A stretch of DNA of 63,400 nt, counting the filler, from Olpidium bornovanus S191 (taxonomy: Eukaryota > Fungi > Olpidiomycota): assembly GCA_017911155.1 (NCBI GenBank). It is 27 parts of 27 records of this genome, joined end to end, with 100 filler letters (N's around TTAATTAATTAA, not from the genome) between each part and the next. Parts side by side here need not be neighbours in the genome. Positions count along the whole stretch, not along the records: positions 62,220 to 63,400 come from JAEFCI010001085.1; 26 more parts are not named here. One strand, 5' to 3'. This document shows positions 62,610 to 63,400 of the stretch, in pieces. Within the stretch, counting starts at the first letter, position 1. Every line of letters starts with the position of its first letter. The translations under genes were made by a program, and so were the position numbers. Below the pieces are notes generated by a model, which saw nothing but the letters and a program-made list of their open reading frames with translations, searched no databases and had not been told where the DNA came from.

Positions 62610-63400
62610 GACCGGCAAAATTCCCGTGCTTTTCCGAGCCAGGAACGTTTTTTTTACTTCAGAGTTTCCTTCCACACCCCCTCCCCTTCCATCCTCCTCC
62701 CGCCGACCCCGTCACCATTACGTTTATTCCGTCGAATAACGTGAGCTACATATTTCCCGAGGGAGGAAACAGGAATATTCACGCAGCGCAAAATGGCCCG
62801 TCTGGCCGCCCCCTCCCCCTTCCCCTCCGTTTGGCGATGCTGCCATTTGAGGGATGTATTGTGCGTCGTGTACGGCCGGCGACGGTTTAAGTGAACCGCC
62901 CTTGCCCGCTTCCCCCTCGGCGCTCACGAGCACGACGCAGGACGCGTTTGGCTGTTCAGCGAAGGTCAGTGTTCACTTCTCCACCCACCCTGATTCAGGG
63001 GTGCCCGGCACTGGAAGCTCGGGGAATCCGCGCCAGTGACCCCCAATCCCGCACGCCCCACCCCTCTGTGCGATGGGAGGAGAGGCGACGGGAACCGGGA
63101 GGCCCGTGGGGGCACGGGCCGCTCGGCGAACCCGCCGATGACCCTACCCGCGGTGGTAGGATTGGCTGGCAAATTTGTGCGCAGTGGCTTCTTCCTCGTT
63201 GGGCGGGCGGTGTGGTCGTTTAGCGGACGCTTGGTTTGGTGGATTCTTGCACAACCAGATTCGCAGTTTTGACCAGCGCCCCTTCCCTGTGTTTCCTCTC
63301 TGGAGACACACGCGCCAAGTCCCCGCGGACGCACATGCGTTCGAGTTCCGCGGGAAAGCCTAACGAGGAAAAAGCAGGTTTTCCGAAAAAAAAAAAAAAA

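Overview
This window is not one locus. It is 27 short contigs (about 1-4.5 kb) joined by 26 artificial 100-nt spacers (44 N + TTAATTAATTAA + 44 N), so gene order across spacers means nothing and ORFs that run into the spacers are artefacts. The DNA is GC-rich, intron-rich eukaryotic nuclear sequence with GT-AG introns, CTRAY-like branch sites and long homopolymer runs in introns. The proteins are fungal-like, and several belong to families I associate with early-diverging fungi rather than model yeasts (SREK1/SRSF11, PRL phosphatase, p31comet, RBMS-like RRM, DUF1475). An early-diverging fungus, possibly an Olpidium-like fragmented low-input assembly, is my inference and is not verified. Recognisable, mostly partial genes: SREK1-like, RCC1, YAF9, S10 serine carboxypeptidase, Msc7-type ALDH, RPL28, UPF0052/CofD-like, DBP2, NEM1, an NSUN/RsmB methyltransferase with a divergent Cox14-like ORF, PRL, an ankyrin protein with KPxx repeats, clathrin heavy chain, HSP104, MED20, sugar O-acetyltransferase, FHL1, p31comet, RPS21 (frameshifted), 2-Cys peroxiredoxin, RBMS-like, taxilin, DUF1475, MON2 and tRNA-Ile(AAT). 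Mobile-element remnants are a gypsy-type integrase with PPT/LTR, a second LTR, and a pogo/Tigger end. I found no CRISPR array, operon or multi-gene novel system. The best leads are: a structured, possibly poison-exon-carrying copy of the conserved DBP2 autoregulatory intron; a p31comet orthologue; a 4-bp duplication that breaks RPS21; an atypical PRL; an acceptor-stem mismatch in tRNA-Ile; an LTR just upstream of taxilin; a CATG-rich palindromic repeat array; and strong enrichment of CATG at contig ends. All family assignments come from motif recognition by eye, not database searches.
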